A stretch of 64,000 nt of DNA from Botryllus schlosseri. Taxonomy: Eukaryota. The DNA is taken from the NCBI GenBank assembly GCA_051294905.1, contig CM119372.1:3102001-3166000 (forward strand). Reading direction: 5' to 3'. Of this stretch, positions 34,678 to 49,600 are shown one piece after another. The position numbers were made by a program, and so were the translations under genes. The notes under the pieces are model-generated. The model worked only from the letters and a program-made list of their open reading frames with translations. It made no database searches and had not been told where the DNA came from. The number at the start of each line of letters is the position of its first letter. Position 1 is the first letter of the stretch.

Positions 34678-37600
34678 GTGAGGTGGCTTTGTTGCATACT
34701 ATAATCGTTCTCAATCTTTTTCTCACCACGTATCACTTCGAGTTTCTACGATTTTGTTGCGTACCAACAAATTAATGAGAAACTCAACTTCACTCGAAAT
34801 GCATATAGGATTATTTACATAGACGAATTAAAAAATATGTCATCCCGCAAATTTCGAAACAAATGCGGCCCCACGACCTGATTCCCCATATCAATAATAC
34901 CAGACACTAACAAGGCAAAATGCTGATGCTTGCAATTGTTTCTACTCCACAACTGATCTCGACGGGGCGCGCCGAGTCGAATGACACGCAAAGTATTTAT
35001 CTATACATGTCTACACTGCAATCAATGAAGACATTTCTTGTATTAGAAAATAAACAGGTTAGCGATTTGTAAAAATTGTAATTTTACTTCACTATGAATG
35101 CGTGCTACCTGAAAGAAATTCGCGCACCATCGGCTGAAAACCGTTGTTATATACTGATACGATTCCGTACTTTCGGTGAATTTATATGTACCATATCTTT
35201 GATGTCCACCGGGTTGCTGCTTAGGCGACATACATCAACGGTGTTTGGATAAATACCAAAACGATATCGAGTTATCTAGTTGTCCAAGTCTGCTCGTGAC
35301 TGTTTTGTATTTAATTTTTAGATAAGCCCTTGAGGACAGCGATGCGATACGGCGCGTGTGTCAGCAGCGCCTACGCGAACTATCTCGACTGCCAAAATCT
35401 CTTCGGCAGCGGCAGCACGTTCGACCCGGCCAACCTTCTCGACATGATACCAGGCATCGTAGACGCCGTCAATCTTACAGTTATCGAATTCGGCAGAAAC
35501 GTCTCCACTTCGCTGAAGGAACTACTTTCGGACGGCACGGGGATGACAGCGTTTGTGGACGGCCTGTTCGCATTTAACGAAAATCTTGGGTTCAACCTCA
35601 AGAAAGCTGAACCTCTGAAACCTTCTATAGTGCGGATTCTTACTGATGCGATCGGAGGAAAGCGACCTGATGCTTCTGTCGCGGACTTCTTCAACGCATT
35701 CGCTCAGTTAGACACCAAGAATGACGAATTCTCATCTGCCATTCGCTCCTTACTTGCAAGCTTAAAAGTCTCTGGACCATTGGACCCAGTATGGACTACA
35801 TTGATAGACCGGGCGCCTGGCCTTGTGCGGTCTATTTTTCCTTCGAATTGGCAAGCCGAGTTGTGGTACGACGTGGCGTTCAAACTCACCGGGAACATAA
35901 ACCCAGCGGACTGGACGAAGTCCACAGAAGACATGGTGTCGACCATCAAGGCATCGTATCAGATACCCGAAGATGTCGGTCGATACGTAAATCCCGTGCT
36001 GGATGCGCTGCCCGATCTTGCTAGAGGGCTGCAGGTATGGATTTTGTACAGTGATATTTTCAGAAGTGGAGAGTAGTCGGTGTGTATATCCACCCGTGTA
36101 CCACCCCTGATATACGGACGTGAATATACATGTCATAATACCCCCGTGGTACACGAAACCAGAACCTACCTCAGACTTATACCGCGGTATGAATCGAGTA
36201 CAACATTTTATTCAAAATTATGCATCCACGTAGGAATGTAGGGAGGTATACACGTGGGATTAATGACCGCGATATAATTCTGAGGCGGGCTCTGTTTCCG
36301 TGTAGCCACCACCCGTTGGGTGTGAGTACACACTCTTTTCTTGTGTAACGAAGTACATCCGCTTTTTTGGAGCACCCAAGTACTGGGGTACCATATTTTG
36401 AGATCCTAAAGAGAGGACCCTTTTCAAAAATTCTGAAAGCTCCAGCACCGGACAACGACACTGGTGATTCTGAAAATTTTTCGACCAACAGTACTGGGTT
36501 GACTATAAAAGTCATCAGATTTTTCTACGGAACTCCGACGTTGCTGCGTCGGGGTCGCGTATTCGGTCGCATTTTTCATTCCTTTTTTATGGAAAAGGTG
36601 GACAAATTCCCGTAAAAAGAGGACATTTAGGCGTCCTTCTATGACACTTTCAATCCATCGAAAAAAGAGTGCTAATCCTCTTATAAGAGGACGTATGGTG
36701 ACCCCACCAAGTATACGTTTTCCACACTTTCAATATTTATACAAGCATAAGCGCGCAATGTTTTTAGATTATATACCACTTATATTTGGACATTTTATTC
36801 GGATAAAACCACGAACGCTTTACTATTTCTATTTGAAAAGTGGCTTTACCTTCGATTTCGTGGGTGAATATGTAAACATATATACTTGAAGCTGCGTCTG
36901 TTTATGATTTTGCGTTCGTCGTGACGATATACCTTGCGATTTAGAAGCTAGCCAATTTCAATTTACTTCAAAGAGCATGCGACCTGTAATTGGGCTACTT
37001 TTTCCTGATGTAGATTTGATGTCTTCGAAATCGCTACTTCTTCTTGTACTCGAGTAGAAATTTATGGCGTTGCCGCTTCGATAGGTACTTTGAACCCCTG
37101 AGAATATTTGTGATTGGTCGGCACGAACGCTTGTAATGTGCTAACCTACTTTATTGATGAGAACGTAACAGAAGTCTATAGGTGCTGGACTACACAAAAC
37201 GAATGACGGTCGTCGTTTATTCGACGCAGTACAACACAATGCAACGCTTGTAGTCAAGTTAATGATAATTTCCGACCACGCTGCACATCATCCGTTGTTC
37301 AGGTGAATCCGGCCTACGTCGGAAATTGGTCGCTGGAATTGCTCAGGACTTTTAGCGAAGAGGACGCTTCCACGCAAGCCTTCGCGATGGCTCTCGAAAG
37401 GTTTCTGGGACAGTTGACGAATGCGACTCTGCAGTACGAATTCAAAGCTACGATTCAGTGGATCCCTGGTAATCCGAGTTGACAACTAGAAAATCCTCAT
37501 CTTTTCCAAACTACATTAGAATGAAATTTGTAGATTAATTATATTCAGAATTGGATTAAAATTAGAATTACTGAATTTGCAAAACTTGGAAATTGAATGA

Positions 37601-40600
37601 AATTCCGAATTAGAAGTAAATAAACCAAATATCAAGTTCTATTCATATATAATCAGTTCTAAGAGCTTCTTGGAGGTACAGAACTTCATTATAAAATTGA
37701 ATAGTACGTTCATATTGAAATAAACCCGAATATTTTCGGCTGACATTCGTCAGGGGTAATCGTCGAGAATCGGAAAGAACATTGTACATCAGTTCTTTGT
37801 CATAATAAGCGTGAGAATGACAAATGTCTGTGAACAAAACTTGGCTCGTTTTGCACTGTGTATAGTTATCCTGCATCATTTTCACAAAAAGAAGGAATTA
37901 GATCAGAATTAGAGCATCGAATTCTTTCACTAAATGGGTTTGAATTACTGACATTTCGCTCTAGTCTAGTTGTTCAAGACTGCTGGTAATCCTAGGTCTA
38001 TGCTCGCTTTCTCTCGCCGCTGTTTCGACGAGCTTTTTGCGCCCATCGAAATTCATCATCGTGATGACTACCATTCACGACAGGTAATGGTGATGATGTA
38101 CCTCTACCTACTACCAGGTTTTTCCTGGTATCAACGGAAGTCCTATTTGATCTCCTGCTCATGCAGCCGCCTAATCACACGAAATATTGCGCTTTTATCC
38201 CTACCCTTACTGGCATTAGCTGGCTATACAAAGTCCAGTAACATCTTACGGAGTAACAAGCTCCTGCACCTATACAACAACGTAGTAATTACAGTTGTAC
38301 CGTACACTGTGGATTGTCAGACCTGAGCTATTGTTCGCCCGTATGTCGGGATCTAAGATTGACTCATTACTGAAGTGGATATGGCGAGTGACGATAGTTG
38401 ATTTACAATTAGTCTACTTAGCAGCGACGAACGCAAAAGATCTTGCCGATTTATGTATCAAACTCAACTAATATGTTAATGATCATATTCAATTGGAGCA
38501 GGGGTATCAAACATACGGCCCGCGACGCGGTACTGAAAAATGGCTGTCTTATCCGGCACATTTTTAACAAAAGTTGAGATTTTAGTACCAAATACAAATG
38601 TCCAGTATGTTTACAAGTCACATAATAACCATTCGAGAGCCGAGTTGTGGTTTTACTCTGGTCACCATTCGGAACAAGTCGCTGCCATTGACACCCAATT
38701 CAGAGAAAGCAAAAAAGTGCACAATGAGCTCACACTTTTTTTGGAAAAAGGGACCAAAATGTAGTTATTTGCAGAAGTGAAAACGTCAGTTAGAAACCGG
38801 CTTATACAGGTTACACAGAGAATGTAAATATGCAACATAAATAAAATTTAAATATATGTGGGCGCGCTCCTTTTTGATTATGACTTAACAGCTCCTCGGC
38901 CTCCAGAGGAACCCAAATCACGATATCATAATAATGAACCAAATTTCAACGTTTGCATTTACGGTTAAATCGCTTGTATTCCTCACAATGCATAGGCCTA
39001 CACAGGACTGTTCTTAGATTACGGCTAAAACAAAGCAATCATACCATAGTAGTATGTCAACGTATATCTTCGGTAAAGCCGCTTTTTTTAGCTGTTTCCA
39101 TATCTGTTCAACTGGCTAATCATCGTAATTTTGCGAATTCCATTGTTTGCAAATAAAGGTGTTGATAGAATAGAACCCTATGGTCCGTGATACAGACTTG
39201 GACAACTAGATAATTCTAGTTGTCTAATTTCACTAAATTAGAGCGAAATGCCAGTAATCCAATTCTAATCTAATTTGTGAAACGTTTCGATGCTCTAATT
39301 CTAATTCTAATCTAATTTGTGAAATGTTTCTATGCTCTAATTCTAATTCTAATCTAATTCGTGAAATGGTCCTATGTGCTAGTTCTAATTATAATCTAAT
39401 TTATTGTTTTCCTGAAAATACCTTGTCCGCGGCATTTCGCAGCGAGTTAACAAGAATATCCCTCTCGCGCAGGGAAATCAAATGCCAAGCCACCGTCGCA
39501 TTACTTATACCGTAATTACAATCAGAGTAGTAATTGTGACGAATAATAGCCCTGCGTTAGTACAACTCCGAAGCCGTTTCAGCTAGTGCGGAATAGTGTT
39601 GTTGGGCACAGGCGAATAGCATATTTTGAAATAACAACAATAATAATAATTTGCAACTGAGATCAATTTCAGCATTTCAAAATGCTTTACTTCGCGTGCT
39701 TCCAAAATCACAAACCAGATCGCTGACTGCATGTGGCCCGCGTCTTGGTGACCCCTGGTGAGTGCAAAGCGAGCCAAGCGTAGTGAACAGACGTTAACCA
39801 TTTTCGTGGTTATGGGGGCGCACCGTGATTTGATATGAACTGAACTTGATTTTTTCTGAATTTATTTCCCATTCACAATTTCATTCAATTTCCAAGTTTT
39901 TTGCAAATTCAGTAATTTTAATTCTAATCTAATTTTAATTTGGAAAAAGCTGTGTAGCTTCAATTCTAATTCTAATCTAATTTGGAAAAATTGTGTAGCT
40001 CTAATTCTAATTCTAATCTAATTTGGAAAAATTGTGTAGCTCTAATTCTAATTCTAATCTAATTTGGAAAAATTGTGTAGCTCTAATTCTAATTCTAACT
40101 CTAATCTAATTTGGAAATGACTGCGTAGCTCTAATTCTAATTCTAATCTAATCTGGAAAAAACCGGGTAGCTCTAATTCTAATTCTAATCTAATTTGGAA
40201 AAGCTGAAAATTTTCTAGTTGTCCAAGTCTGCCGTGATATACCGTACTTAGTATTCTGGTATATAGGCTTCATAAGTTGAATTATTCAAGTGAAAAACAA
40301 GGGATTGGATTTTGAGGTAACATTTTGGAATCAATTGACTGGTCCGGCCCGCGAGTGCTCTGTAGGTGTGAATCCGGTCCGCGACGCAAGTTGAGTTTGA
40401 CACCCCATGATTGGAGTGTCGTCTCCAACATATGTAAAGCCCATTCGTGTGGCTCTTGATTATGGAGAAATGACTTGTTCTGAGCTGAGTAACATTAACG
40501 TAAGAAATAGCAAGTCTGGTAATGAAAGCGGCGCTCGTTCTGACCTAAACATAATATTAAGCGTTATGACGCATCACACCTCTACAATACAGTTGTACTT

Positions 40601-43600
40601 TAACTGTTATAGTATTTAACATTGCTGGGGACTTAGTTATTAGTCGCTTCTGAAGTCTGTAGCTGACTTGACCGGGTAATTACTGTCGTCTGTCAAACCG
40701 TCTCACTCAATTCTTCTTGAGCGTGAACGAAATGACTGTAGCGTGTTTGTTAGAGCGGATGGGGACATACATTTGTGTTTTATTGGCATGTATAATATCT
40801 ACATAAGCCTAGTCACGCAATGGTTCAAGAGGTTGGTCGTTAATTGTTTGGCGATTGAGTATGTTTATTATCTAGCTCATGGGTGGCCAACCTTTTCGGC
40901 TACAGGATCACATGTAATTGACGAACCATTGCCAACAATAATATTGTTACTCGAATATATCTGCTGTATAATTCTGGGCTCAGTTTTCAAAGACAGAACT
41001 ATTCAGCGCCTGGACATATCGAAAGCTATAGGCCAACATGCATCAATCATTTTGTGCCTAGGTCTCGTCGTCAGCGGTATTTCTGCGAGCGCAAACGCAA
41101 GATCGCATGTTGGACAACTTTCTCTCGTTATTGCGATTATAGTTAAATTCAATCTGATAAACGAGGCGTTTTTTTCATTTTCAGGAGGAGGTAACACGTA
41201 ACAATAATAAAAGCAATAAATCGAGTGACAACATATTGCGCGAAGCGTGAAGAAAATTTTTACTTTAAATAATTTTACCGCAATATATTTTACTTCTAGA
41301 TCTAGTTAATTGAAATGCGCGAAGATCCACCGAAAATGTGACTGGCCAGGCCATGCATGTGCCAATGCGTTGGAACAAATATTTTAGTCGTCAACATCCC
41401 AAGTGTTACTGCGACACTAATAAAATTTTTGATTGGCCTTGCAAGTTCACAATCTGGACAATCCATTTTTGATACTATAGCCTATAACTAATTTAGAAAA
41501 CTGCCTCGTGGGCCACTCAAAACCTTCTCGCGGGCCACGGGTTGGCCGCCCCTGATCTAGTTGGGTATTCAAGAAAATGCTACCATCTCGGGAGCTAAGA
41601 TGTAGATATATTAAAACTATATAGTGATAGTGATCGAATTCGAAGCTGAGTATCAGCGCTATATCGAAAACCGTCAAGATATGCGTGTTTTCATTAGTCG
41701 AGAAGTAGTCGCCACGACGGGTTATAAACCTTTTACCTTCTAACAATATTTTCACGATGGAACTATCAAAATAGATCGGCGTGTCGGGGAGTAGCATTCC
41801 ATGTTACCTGGATTTTTTATTAGTTTGAAACATAGATTGCGATGACGTGATGTGCGAAGATACAAAGGTATGGATGGGACGATTTCCTTACAAGCCTTAT
41901 CAGTCTATACCAGGGTTGGGCAAACTTTTGAGCTCGCGGGCCGCATTCAACATCTGAATCCATTCGCGGGCCGCACTATATAAAATTAGGATTATAAACC
42001 GAAACGCAATATTGGTATTTGATTATATAGTGAGGACAAGAAGATAATATATATGCTTATTTAAAACAAACCAAACATTGCTTTGATGATATCGTACACG
42101 CGTCAGAAAGAGTAGCGAGATTTCATAGGCTGGTCGCTCTCAATAACCAATTTGTCAAAACTATAGAGATGAAAGTCGGTTGTCCCGATTCTTAGAACAG
42201 GATTGAAATTTAAATCTGTGAGCAGCGATCTGCTCATAGATTTACTATTTCCACTTTTGGTTCAGTTTCAAGACACACAATGCTGACAGCATCATAACCA
42301 TGTTAGCTTCTAACACACTTCTAGTAGCCTATGTAGATAAACATAAATACTCAAAACCTACGCGTGGTGTTATATTTATCCTTCTCTTCATTTCCGCCAG
42401 TAATTATTTCGTGCGTTTGTCTATCTGTTAGTTCATCATTCTGGTGTAGGGCGTTCTGAGAGTAGCATGTGTTTCCTGATTTACTTCTGTTTTAACGTTT
42501 ATATTCTTTGTAGCATAGTCTACACTTTTAGTGAATAAAAGCCTAGAAAGCAGTGTTGGGATGACTCGAGTCATGACTTGACTCGAGTCAGACTCGAGTC
42601 AACTTTTTCGAATGACTTGACTTGACTCAAGTCACTTTGCAAAAATGACTTGACTTGACTTGACTCGGTGCTTCAAAAATGTGGATTGACTCGTGACTCG
42701 GAGCAAAATTTACGAGTCAATTTCAAGTCATCAAGTAAACCGTGTCGACTAAATCAATGTATTCTGTGCATGTTCGGATTATTCACGATACGCCATTGTA
42801 ACTTGTGAGAGCAACCAGTCATTCACTGATTGTACGTTTCGCTGATCCTGCATTATTACATCACATATACACTGACCGCATACGAAATGATCACAGCTTC
42901 CCTTGTCGTAATAGCAGATTAATTTAATAGCAACGTATCGCTGTTTATTGGACGGCTCTGTCCTTACATGGCACGGCGTTCACCTTTACCAACCCTCTTG
43001 TATGATTTAAATCTAACAAATATATTTTATGTATTTATATCCTCACCGATGTGTATAGATGGCTAGTGTATTGTACGATATCAATTTCTTTCATCTTCTC
43101 GAGGCTTCGTATTCGATCCTCTATTTTTGCTGATAATAAGAGAATGTATAGCATGTCGCTCAGAGTTGTCAAACTCAACTGACGTCGTGGGTCGCATTCA
43201 AATATACAAAACACTCGCGGGCCGCACCAGTCAAATGATTCCTAAATATTACTAACCCTAAACTCAGTATATGCACTTTTTCGCATTCTCGGAATGGGTG
43301 TTAATGTCAGCGATTTTCTCCTGACGATAACTACAATCACAACTCCGCTGTCGGGTTGTTATAATGTGGCCAATGAACATACTCGAAATTTGCTCTCTTG
43401 AAGGAATATTTATTAGTGGTATTTCTTACTGCAAATTCGAGAAATGTGTTGGATAAAATCACGCAATTTTCACCATATACTCAGAATTTCTTCGCGGGCC
43501 GAATGAAATCATTTGGCGGGTCGTACGTTTGACACCCCTGATGTAGCTATACACAGTTACTTACGTATTTTATTAGCAGTTCTACGTGTGCGTGAGCGAT

Positions 43601-46600
43601 ACAACGCATTTTTGCATGTATATTTTACTTTATATTCGTTATTTGATTCAAGATAAATGACCAATTGATCTCTTTAACATAGCCAGTAAAATATAATGAA
43701 TTTGAATGATCACTCATACTTCGAAAATTCAATTTGACTTGAATTGTGACTTGACTCGTGACTTGTCTTGACTTGACTTGACTTGACTCGAGTCACCTCC
43801 AAAAAACGAGTGACTTGACTTGACTCGAGTCACCTTTGAAAATCGATTGACTTGACTTGACTCGAGTCAAAATGTGCAATGACTCGAGATGATTCGTGAC
43901 TCGAAGGTAGTGACTTGATCCCAACACTGCTAGAAAGCCCTATGTCTATTAGTGGGTTTTCCTCGCAAGGTCACAACACTACGCATACAGAAAACGAATC
44001 TACCCAAGACAGGTGCGAATCGTTTTTTATAAGCACATCACCGAAATAATTAAACTGGAGTGGTCAATCTGAAATCACAGTCTTGATCCGAATTATGTCA
44101 ATCTCGTTTAGGATTTTCGTGATATTCAAACTGCGTGGGCCTTGAGATCGGGCTGTCGCGCCAGGCATTAAACATAAAAAATGATATAAGTAGTAATTAC
44201 CTTGGAACAGTGGTTATCAAACTTTTTAAGACACGCACCCCCCCCTCATGACGGTGATAGATTTCGCGTCCCCCTTATCGTCATATCACAAAACGCAACC
44301 AGGATGCCAGCAAACCTAACGGATAGTTTGGTGGCATGGAAGGTTACGACTGTGGATGAGAGATTTTTAAATATGAAATTCAGACTAAACACAGAGCAAT
44401 AATTATGAATTAGAAGTAAATCGCGCGGAGCGCGAAAAAGAATTTTCGGTTGAGCCTCAGCTTCGCGTCCTTCTTCAGATGCTTTCACGCCCCCAAGTGA
44501 GGCGCACCCCCCAGTTTGAGAACCTCTGCGTTAGATTAATCAAAGTGAATTATGCTCAGAAAAAGTTTAATCAAGTCCCTGCATTAATTCGATTTTTAGT
44601 ACGCATTTATCAATATTTTCAAAAAGTTTATTTGGACTCTCGCGGGCCACACAGAACGGTGTTGCGGGCCATAGTTTGCCCACCCCTGGTCTATACCCAC
44701 GCTGTTGGTTGGCTTGACTTTCGATGTATAGATAGCGTCGTAATGGGTTGAAAGGAGTGACATATTATCGACTGTCAACACACTAATACCAGAGGTGGAA
44801 AACCATTTTATTGCCAACACTGTGTTTTGTGTATTTCAGGTCTTTTCTATAAATTCTTCCCCGGCGACAAAGCCACGATTCGAGAGGTCTACCGCAAGAT
44901 GGCGGACGGCTTGAACTCGTTCGATTTCAACGACCTCGCCTCCACGGCTAACGAGACCGCGTTGAGTAGGATGATCAAAAATATGATCACTACTCTCGGA
45001 GGCCAACAGAGTTTTGCGGCTAATCCGTTCTACAACACGCTCGTCGTCAACTTCGCCAAAATGTTCTACGACCTCATGAAAGTCACACCAACCGACTACA
45101 CTCCGTATATCGACTCTTTCTCCAAGGTAAAATTCCAAGTAGTCAACGGAGTCATCCATAGTTTTCCAGTGGCGAGTTTCACGACATGTCAGAACTACTT
45201 GAAGTGGAAGTATAACATGAAGGTCTGATGAGTATTCAAGTAAGTAGTTTCAAAAAGTGAATTCTGTCAAGGAGTCACTGATTTTATCAGTTAATCGGAT
45301 GGTAGCACCTTTAAGCGGTGCAAATGCAATCAGTGACACCGCAAATAGGTACAATATCCGAAGTTACATTCGACTATCGTGGCACTGTAGCCGTTTTCCC
45401 GGTTGGTATGACAATTTCATTCATAGCGGTGACGTGTGTCCCCGAGACACTTTCCGCAAACTCTGAATTATAACGAGAAAGCAGTTTCGGTTAAATACTG
45501 TTATGTAGAAGCGACATCGGTTCTCGCGTTACATCTGCGCGCGATCTTTGACGCAATTTGCTCTCAGGTTATTGACGACGAGTTCAAGAAGTGGCCGACC
45601 ATCAACGTGGGCGGTATGGTGACGGAATTAATCAAGCAAATGGGCGGCACGGTCCCGGACGAATTACGGCCGATGTTGACGAGTATCCAGGTAGTTTGAT
45701 TCAGGGTTGTGATGACTCGAGTCCTATTCGTAAATATGGAAATTCTCTCGGCTTGAGTGCCTTTGTGTATTGATTCGACTTGTAAACGATAGTCATTACA
45801 TATGACTCGAGACACATCGGGTAAGAAACTGTCTTTTGTATGTTTGATTAAATCTGTTAAGAGTAGCGTTCTAGTTTGTTTCACGCCCACACCTATAGCA
45901 ATGACTGCAAAGTTTTGGAAATGTGCCTCACGTTAGATGTCGTATTTCTTTCTATTTTCGGCTGAATATGTTGGGGTTACCAGTGACTGTAAGAGGTATC
46001 GGCACAAAGCACCGATATCGGTTGGGCGCTAATTATAGTCCACTCGGACGAGAGTTGCATTTAAAACAAAAATTAATCTAAAACAAACCTGTTTAAAACA
46101 CGGCCCTCGTTTAATACATGTTTTATTGTGCTTTTTTTTTAGTCATGACATAACGAATTCTTAATTATGACGTACCAGTGGCATGACATTGACCATGGAA
46201 AATATAGGGTAAATACGGCTCATTTTTCGAAAAAGGCTTCCGATCCTGTCTTCAAAAACCAAAAAAGATATTCGAACAGGTCTACATTGTTGTGCAGCAT
46301 TTCACGGTTGGCGGTCAAGATCATCAGAAAACCCATTCCGTACCAATGATCGATAACTACGAGCTATAGCTGTTGAACCGGCGACGATTTCGGGGGTTCC
46401 AAATATTACATATCGTATGTAGTCCGTATGCTCATACTACATATTTGAAAGTATTAACACAATTATGACATCAATGAACCGTCCGAATCAAATGGGCTGA
46501 TTCCGCCATATGTCTAATCAATGCCAACCCGAGTAATATTTATCCATCGGAATTTTTAGACTTTTCTACCCGAGTGAAAATGAGCTTTATCAGATGATGG

Positions 46601-49600
46601 CAACCCTGGTTTGCATCATAATTCTGTTCGTATCTAGTTTGCCATGTTACTCTTAACAGCCTCTTTTCTCCGTCCTGATTTCGACTGTAAACGGAACAGC
46701 GTTGAACGGTACCGATGCCATCAACGCTTGCTACGAAGTGATATCGAGTTACAGAGCAACCTACCCGGATTCGCCGTTTCCTGACCTCGTGAAACGCTAT
46801 ATCGACATCGTATATGAGATGACGACTATTGATTGGAGGGGGCAACCTGTGACTATTACATATCCTGGTGGGTCGTACGAATACTACAACACTTCAAAAG
46901 CATGGGCAGAATACCGAAGACTTCAGTTTGAACTGATATACTGGAACATCGATATGGAGTTCGCTGTCGTCAAGTACGTGCAAGTTGTGATTATTATGGC
47001 TGGGTACAATGATTCGAGAACTCGAATCGGGATAGAGTATTATTTCTAATGATTCAAGTAAGATATGATTTTTTCGAGTCCTGAAAATATACGCTCTTTG
47101 CCACTTTGAGTTAATTTATCAACGAAAATTATAGCTTTGATACTATTTTACACTATGGAAGCCTCAAAACCTCAATGTCATGTAATATCATTCTTTGTGG
47201 TGACATAAACGGTACATATTTGAACTTTCCATCTCTTTCATAATGTTATGTCGTCGTAATGAACAGTGCTTAAATACTTCACTCGATTCGCAGCATATAA
47301 TTCTATGTTCGGGATAAAATTTCTTAGATACTCGCTTTTGCCCGACCCTAGTGATTATACACTTGAACAAATGTGGTCAAATAAGTCATCATTGGTAGAA
47401 GTAGAAGTACTGCCACAAATTTCTATTGAAGTAGCTATCTTCAAGTAGGGAAAAATTAGGTATCGTCCAAGCCATTGTTTCCCAACCTTTTTCAACACCT
47501 CGCCTCCTTATTAAGCTCCACACAAATTTTCGCACCCATATTTACGGATCGGAAAAGAGGACATATATAAACGGAAAATTTCCTCACTTAACTCCGACTG
47601 CTTGTGAATTGACTAATAAAAGATCATTTATCCGAGACGGTGCTCGTACAACCGGTTTCCGCGTTTACCTTGCCGTTGGGTTGACCTATTTTTTATTCAA
47701 CTTCCGCGTCATATGCAGAATAAGCTGTCTTCACGCGCAATTTTGGTGGTGTTAATCAAATATATTTCACTAGATGTTCTACCGTTTTTGACTCCCTATA
47801 ACCCCCTTTGGTATTTTCTCCCCTGATTTCTCAAAATCTCTTACTGAGTGAGATACTGCCAAAATCATAACCCCTTCAGTAAGTAGTGGAAACAGTAAAA
47901 CCGACTTCTAACACTTCAAAAAGCAGGATTCTTGTATTGCATAAACTGAAAACTTACCAGTAGAAGTAATAGTGCCCTTCGGCAATATAGTACGGTCAAA
48001 TTAGACAATACCTGCTTGAACTACTTCGAAATTTCTAGGCCTAGTATAGGATAAAACTGCGAAGACGTAGAGATAGCCTAAATCGCAGCAATTTCAGGAG
48101 GGAGTGCAAGTATCCGATATGATCGGGCTCTAGTCACTAACATACTCCACGCCATTGCAGAGCTTACAACTACAGTTCAAACGAATTGTATCAGATGCTG
48201 ATCAAGGCATGGCCGGAATACGACCTCTACATCCGTATCCTGAAAGCCATGAATCCCGAAGACGTGAAGCAGTTAATCAAAGACATCGTGGCGTGGGCAT
48301 CCTCACCTCCACCTCATACCGTTCAGGGATTTATCAATGTCACAGAACCTGTTTTCCGTAACATGACAAGCTCCATTAAAAGTCTGTGGAGAGAAGCGAG
48401 GCAGACCTACACCCCAAAGTAAGATTAGCGCGTGCTGAAAGGACACTGCGCTCTAAATAGGTTGTCTCAAATTAACGAAGTGCCAGCAGCACCCAGAATT
48501 TGTTACATTTGATTAACAGCAAATGCACCGACTGGAGCTTCATGGAAGCCAACTGCGAATTTGCAGAAAGTCATGCTAACATGACAACTCATTGGAGCCG
48601 TTTTCTCAAAATTTTAAACGAGAACAAAAATAATTTCAGACTTGAATGCAAGTATCACTTCAACAATTTCGTCGTGTAGCAATAAACAACACGTAACTGC
48701 ATAGTAGGCACACGGGTTGACCAGATAGTGGTCGGACTAGAATATCATATTGTTATCTGAATATAGTTTCTTCCTACAGAAACACTCGGAGAGAGACGGT
48801 TTGGGCACAAGGGCGGTCATATGGGCTGGTTATTCAGCACATTCAAATATACCCTGAATTTCATGACATACCACTATATTTCCGACCAATCCTGCCTGTC
48901 ATATTATCCCAGATAAAAGTGATTGCCCCTGGACTAATCAATAAAAAGCTCTTTTAATCTGGTCAGGTCACTGAAAATACCAAAAAATCACCCTCAAAGA
49001 TGGAGATTGGAATTGTTACGAAAATTCTCAGCGCGAAAATATAATGCATTGTCGCCGTTGAGCGCCGGTACCGTACGCCTACTAAACTAGGGCTCTGCGA
49101 TACGTCCGGAATTTCCCGGACGTGTCCTGAATTTGAGTGTTCGAGAACTAGCGTCAGGGAGGTCATTTAGAATATGCAAAAATGTCCGGAATGCTGATAG
49201 CCTGAAAACGGCGCAAATTAATTTCGTGAATCAAAATATGCCGTAACATTTGTGGTTCAAAATTATGATACTTGGAATTTTCTTCGCGCTGTGGGCGATT
49301 TAGCGTCGCGTATTTATCCATATTGATTATAACCAGGGCTGGGCACAATGATTCGAGTACTCGAATCTGAATCGACTATTAATTTTAATGATTCGAGTCG
49401 AGTAGTAAAAGACGATTTTTTCGAGTACTGAAATTATACGCTCCTCGCCACTGAAAGTTGATTTATCAACGAGGAGTTTATCAACGATCAACGAGTTTAT
49501 GCTAATTTCACTGTTGAAGCCTTGAAACCTTGATTGGCCGTATCGTAGCATACGAAACATGAACTACAAAAGCTACGAACGTTACTGGAAATAGCACATT

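Noticed and set aside
39940..40200. CRISPR-like or satellite array
   Set aside because: These are subterminal repeats of the 39193-40231 MITE with no unique spacers.
40743..41201. 152-aa hydrophobic ORF
   Set aside because: It crosses an intron/MITE boundary at 40878, has no counterpart in gene A and has no recognisable motif.
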